Below, piece by piece: positions 34,539 to 37,987 of a DNA stretch of 37,987 nt; position 1 is the first letter of the stretch, and each line of letters begins with the position of its first letter. This DNA comes from a virus (lineage: Duplodnaviria > Caudoviricetes), in the IMG/VR virus record IMGVR_UViG_3300049016_000030, positions 1 through 37,987 of that record; one strand, given 5' to 3'. Under the pieces are notes generated by a model that ran no database searches, was not told the origin of the DNA, and saw nothing but the letters and a program-made list of their open reading frames with translations. A program made the position numbers and the translations under genes.

Positions 34539-34753
34539 CGTTGATTGACGGCCGCATCGGGGCTCTGCCTCGACGGATGAGGAAGTCCTGTGATTTGTTC
34601 GTACTCATCCATCGCCTGTAGGTTTCTCCGCTGATAATCCTCGCGTTTCAAGCGTTCGTCGCGTTGTTCGGCAGTTTCGGCAAGAGCCGCAACAAGCCTT
34701 GGCTCTTCTTCGATCAAAACCTCTTCGGGTATCGCTTTATCAACCTTCGCCAT
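34526..34753 (-). CDS. Hypothetical protein
   Basis: GAGGTG RBS directly after the tail tube gene. Confidence 0.6.
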   Translation of the reverse strand: MAKVDKAIPEEVLIEEEPRLVAALAETAEQRDERLKREDYQRRNLQAMDEYEQITGLPHPSRQSPDAAVNQRCCF

Positions 34754-34763
34754 TGATCACCTC

Positions 34764-36200
34764 TTAATTGAAAACCGGCGTCACGCCATCCAATCCGTTC
34801 ACAACCTCAATACGGCAACCAATCGCCGTCGTGTCGAACTCGGTCGCGAAGCTGAAGCGGAAGGCGGCATAGCCGTCCACGTTGTCACCGCGCACGCCGT
34901 TGAATTTAGCCTTGGGAATAATCGCGGAAAGCTCTTCGTAAGTTGGCCCGGCGCCGTCGAGTACGGCACCCCTCGCGCCGAATTTGACATTGGTGAGCTG
35001 TATCGAATCGCACATCTTTTCCCACTCGGAAACGCGGGAACCAACGAGATAGGTAATTTCGGCTGTGATTGTGCGCGGCCCACGTACGCTCTTATTTACA
35101 TAAGCCCCAACGCCGACGCCGGGTGTGGTGATCGAATAATCCCCGCGCTTCTGCTTCGGATCGCCCCCGCATCTCGCCAACTGAGTGTTGTGATTGTTGG
35201 AAATCGCGATATTCCAGGCGCGCCAGCGACAGTCCGCGGCAAGATCTCTCAAGCCAACGTCGTCTGTGAATTCCAAGAAGGGTTTAGGGTCGAGGCACGC
35301 GAAGGTTGGCGGATCAGGCAAAGTGTAAGCGCCGGGGGTCGTATTTGCCGACGTGGCTTGCGTAATCCCCGTCGAGGTGTCGTTGTCCAGCACGGCCGCC
35401 ATCGTCGTATCGTTGGGCGCTGTATGGCGAGCGGTGAGAATGACTGCCGTGGTAGCCCCGCTGATAACGAAGAAGTCGCCGACAACGGGGTCGTTCTGGA
35501 GAGCAGTTCTTGCCTTGCCTGCCACTTGCGCCGCGGTGTCGGCGTTGACTACCCCGAACGTAACCACCCTCGGACTCCCCGACATATTCGCAGCCGTGAC
35601 GGTCACTTTCGCGTTGCCTGTCAGTGTGACAGTTCCCGCCGCTGTAATCGTCTCGACCTGTTGGGTACCGATCAAATGAGGATTTCTATGCTTGCCGGAA
35701 CAGAGAAAGCTTGCCGCGACTTGCACGTCGTCATCGCCGGATTGGGACATTGAAAAGTCATTCACGACGCAGCCGGGCAATAGAAAACTCGCCCCGCCGC
35801 TGTAAACGACGGAATTGAACGAAGGTAATTGCAGGCCCGCTGATTTCGGCAGCATGTTCGCCGCGTGGCGCCAGGCAACAGCGGGAACCACGTTTACAGG
35901 TGCGAGCGGCGTACCGCCTACACACCTCATGGCGATCTTGCCCCAGGCGCGGAAATTGGCTCTATCCGCGGCGCCGATAGAGATAGGCAAAAACCTTCGC
36001 AGGCATTGGCCGGTTTGAAACTCAGACGCATTCCCCGCCCTCCCAGCATCATTGCTGAACTCCGGCTCAGGCAAATAAACCGCCGCGTTCTGCCAGCCAA
36101 CGAGGTCGTAGTTCGTGCCGCCTGTGACCGGCGTATTAAACGCACCTTCTCTCGTCGAGATGTGCAGTGTTGCGTCTTGTATTAAATTATCGTTCGGCAT
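34764..36200 (-). CDS. Major tail (tube) protein with an inserted decoration domain
   Basis: Position; PGCVVNDFSMS tube-like motif; Thr/Ala-rich insert (QQVETITAAG...SANTTPG). Confidence 0.75.
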   Translation of the reverse strand: MPNDNLIQDATLHISTREGAFNTPVTGGTNYDLVGWQNAAVYLPEPEFSNDAGRAGNASEFQTGQCLRRFLPISIGAADRANFRAWGKIAMRCVGGTPLAPVNVVPAVAWRHAANMLPKSAGLQLPSFNSVVYSGGASFLLPGCVVNDFSMSQSGDDDVQVAASFLCSGKHRNPHLIGTQQVETITAAGTVTLTGNAKVTVTAANMSGSPRVVTFGVVNADTAAQVAGKARTALQNDPVVGDFFVISGATTAVILTARHTAPNDTTMAAVLDNDTSTGITQATSANTTPGAYTLPDPPTFACLDPKPFLEFTDDVGLRDLAADCRWRAWNIAISNNHNTQLARCGGDPKQKRGDYSITTPGVGVGAYVNKSVRGPRTITAEITYLVGSRVSEWEKMCDSIQLTNVKFGARGAVLDGAGPTYEELSAIIPKAKFNGVRGDNVDGYAAFRFSFATEFDTTAIGCRIEVVNGLDGVTPVFN

Positions 36201-36309
36201 AGCGTCCCCTTGTGAGGTTGTTGAGGCCGCTATGCGCTGAGGATTCAGCGTTGGTGAGCGTCATCTGGAAACGCCGCTCACCGCTTCCCCGGTATGAGTT
36301 ATAAAAAGA

Positions 36310-36546
36310 TCAGAGTTTGCCCTGCACTTGGGCGCGCTGGATTTCGTTGATAATCACCTGCCGCCCCTTCTCGCTCTGCGCGCCGCGAAGAAATAGTTCT
36401 TCGGTTGATACCTTTACCGACATGCTCGGCTCGGTCCTCAACCGCTCCGCATACTTCACCAGCAACGCGCCGAAGTTCTTCGCCAGTTCGCCAAGTTTTT
36501 CAATCAGTTCAATTGTCGCCGGATGTTCAATCATTGTTTTCAACAC
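36310..36546 (-). CDS. Small protein with a C-terminus resembling the tape-measure C-terminus
   Basis: VSTEELFLRGAQSEKGRQVIINEIQRA. Confidence 0.55.
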   Translation of the reverse strand: MLKTMIEHPATIELIEKLGELAKNFGALLVKYAERLRTEPSMSVKVSTEELFLRGAQSEKGRQVIINEIQRAQVQGKL

Positions 36547-37010
36547 TGCTCGATTGTTATGCTGCCCACCGCTCGGTGCAGCAATTGGGCGCCGAATAGA
36601 TTTAAATCCACCGTAAAATCCAATTCGCTGTTCTCCGCGATGCGATTGATCGACCTCGGCAGGGCCGTTCTATTCGCAAACCGTTCACATATCGCATCAA
36701 GTTCCGCGTTGTAGATGAGATCGGAACTCGCGGCGTTCTTGCTGTCGTCGTCGTACCAGCGCAGGCCACGGATCTGATAAGTAAAAAACCGCCGCACGCA
36801 ATTAGGCTGCTCTCGCTCGGCATAGGTGCGGCGTCGTGTGATTACATAGCCGTGGACGCGATTGCTATCAGCGGAAGAAACCAACAACCCTGGCCATGTG
36901 CGATCGTCCCAGCCAAGACCCCACCAGCGGAAGACTTTTGCGAGCGGCGCCGCTGCTCTGATCTCGGTCTCAATCGCTTCGCGCATTTGCGCTTCGGTAA
37001 AGGTCGCCAT
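36540..37010 (-). CDS. Putative tail terminator/completion protein
   Basis: Size and synteny between the gp10-like gene and the tube gene. Confidence 0.6.
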   Translation of the reverse strand: MATFTEAQMREAIETEIRAAAPLAKVFRWWGLGWDDRTWPGLLVSSADSNRVHGYVITRRRTYAEREQPNCVRRFFTYQIRGLRWYDDDSKNAASSDLIYNAELDAICERFANRTALPRSINRIAENSELDFTVDLNLFGAQLLHRAVGSITIEQC

Positions 37011-37390
37011 TATTCACTTGCTCCCGCGCTTAAAAATCCGCCGTCGTCGAAGCGTTTCAAAACGCTGTCGATTGCCGGTCTGACGAAGGGCCGATCCATT
37101 TCGAATTCAAGAAGCTCCGCATACTCAGCCGCGATCGTAACCACAGTTTCGGTATCGCTTTTGACATCTGCCTGGATCGAATTAACCAAGAATCCTGTAT
37201 CCACCGCTGGCGCTTCACCTGGCGCGGACGCAATATGAATCCGGCCCTTGCGGTTGTATTCCCTGCCGCTCTTCGGCCCGGTCATCAAGATTTTCGCCTC
37301 AGCCTCTATCGCGAAGCCGATGCTGCTGAGAATGCGGCGGAAGTCCTTGTTGTTATCGCCCGTGATCTTGACGACGTAGGTCAGGTTCAT
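37010..37390 (-). CDS. HK97 gp10-like neck/tail completion protein
   Basis: SAPGEAPAVDTGFLVNSI...YAELLEF...RPFVRPA. Confidence 0.85.
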   Translation of the reverse strand: MNLTYVVKITGDNNKDFRRILSSIGFAIEAEAKILMTGPKSGREYNRKGRIHIASAPGEAPAVDTGFLVNSIQADVKSDTETVVTIAAEYAELLEFEMDRPFVRPAIDSVLKRFDDGGFLSAGASE

Positions 37391-37743
37391 GCCGTCGCCC
37401 CCGTCTTTGGAGCCAACCGCAGCACATACCCCGCGCCGATCTGCTGTTGTGGAATCAATTCGTCGATTGAGTATTTCGACGAGTGGCCATCAATAACTAG
37501 CGCCATCGCGGCGCCGACGTGAAGCAATGATCTATCAACCGCCGCTTCACTCAACCACATCTTTACCCTGCCGTTGCTGTCCCGCGTGGCGGATTCGCGG
37601 ACGAAATTGAAGCCGGAAGTTATTCTCCCTATCTCGTACTCCCCAACCTCCGGAGTCACCCCGTAAAACACGGCTTCGACGTTGCGCCCGTATAATGTGC
37701 GGCGCATGCGGTCGAGGGTGCGGTTGGAGAGGAGAGGTTTCAT
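37387..37743 (-). CDS. Putative head-closure protein
   Basis: Synteny; 118 aa, beta-rich. Confidence 0.55.
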   Translation of the reverse strand: MKPLLSNRTLDRMRRTLYGRNVEAVFYGVTPEVGEYEIGRITSGFNFVRESATRDSNGRVKMWLSEAAVDRSLLHVGAAMALVIDGHSSKYSIDELIPQQQIGAGYVLRLAPKTGATA

Positions 37744-37986
37744 TTACCCGCGCACCAGCCTGTTTCCAGCAATCAAGCCTGAAATAAGCTGTGTCACCTT
37801 TGGCGGCAACCCGCCATCCGGTCGTGATTGGCGATGTTTTACAGACACGCCGTCCGCGCTAAACGAATCAATCGCGTCATCGCCGCTCTCGTCGAAGCCT
37901 TCTAAGTACGCCAGTGCGAGTTCGCATTGAGCGTCTTTTACCGGCTGCGGAATCTCGGTTGTTAAATACTGCTCCCCATAACCCCA
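37744..37986 (-). CDS. Head-tail adaptor (DnaT-like family); 5' part outside the window
   Basis: EIPQPVKDAQCELALAYL...SFSADGVSV; stop adjacent to the next ATG. Confidence 0.7.
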   Translation of the reverse strand, partial: WGYGEQYLTTEIPQPVKDAQCELALAYLEGFDESGDDAIDSFSADGVSVKHRQSRPDGGLPPKVTQLISGLIAGNRLVRG

Positions 37987-37987
37987 G

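Noticed and set aside
34300-34608. 102-aa minus-strand ORF
   Set aside because: The overlapping frames 34308..34538 (clear Cys motif) and 34526..34753 explain the region better.

Overview
The window is a segment of a temperate, siphovirus-like phage genome, apparently in non-integrated form. From left to right: (i) a leftward early operon and a cro/cI-like switch (1-3.2 kb); (ii) accessory genes, a tyrosine integrase and an intact attP whose core matches the 3' end of a tRNA-Leu (5.4-6.8 kb); (iii) a long rightward accessory region with membrane proteins, palindromic DNA repeats, a beta-class DNA methyltransferase, a Mom/XF1762-like GNAT and a second XerC/D-like recombinase with a dif-like site over its start codon; (iv) an array-less type IV-B CRISPR-Cas operon (csf1-cas11-csf2-ORF X-cysH-like-csf3, 16.8-21.0 kb); (v) a divergent promoter/HTH cassette with small genes and a strongly structured ~180-nt leader RNA; (vi) the minus-strand tail and head-tail morphogenesis module (23.6-38 kb). 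The best candidate for a new system is the type IV-B operon. It carries an extra, translationally coupled gene (zinc fingers plus a RelE/BECR-like RNase motif), is bracketed by a 13-bp direct repeat, and lies about 0.9 kb from the candidate structured RNA. All family calls come from recognising motifs by eye; no searches were run.
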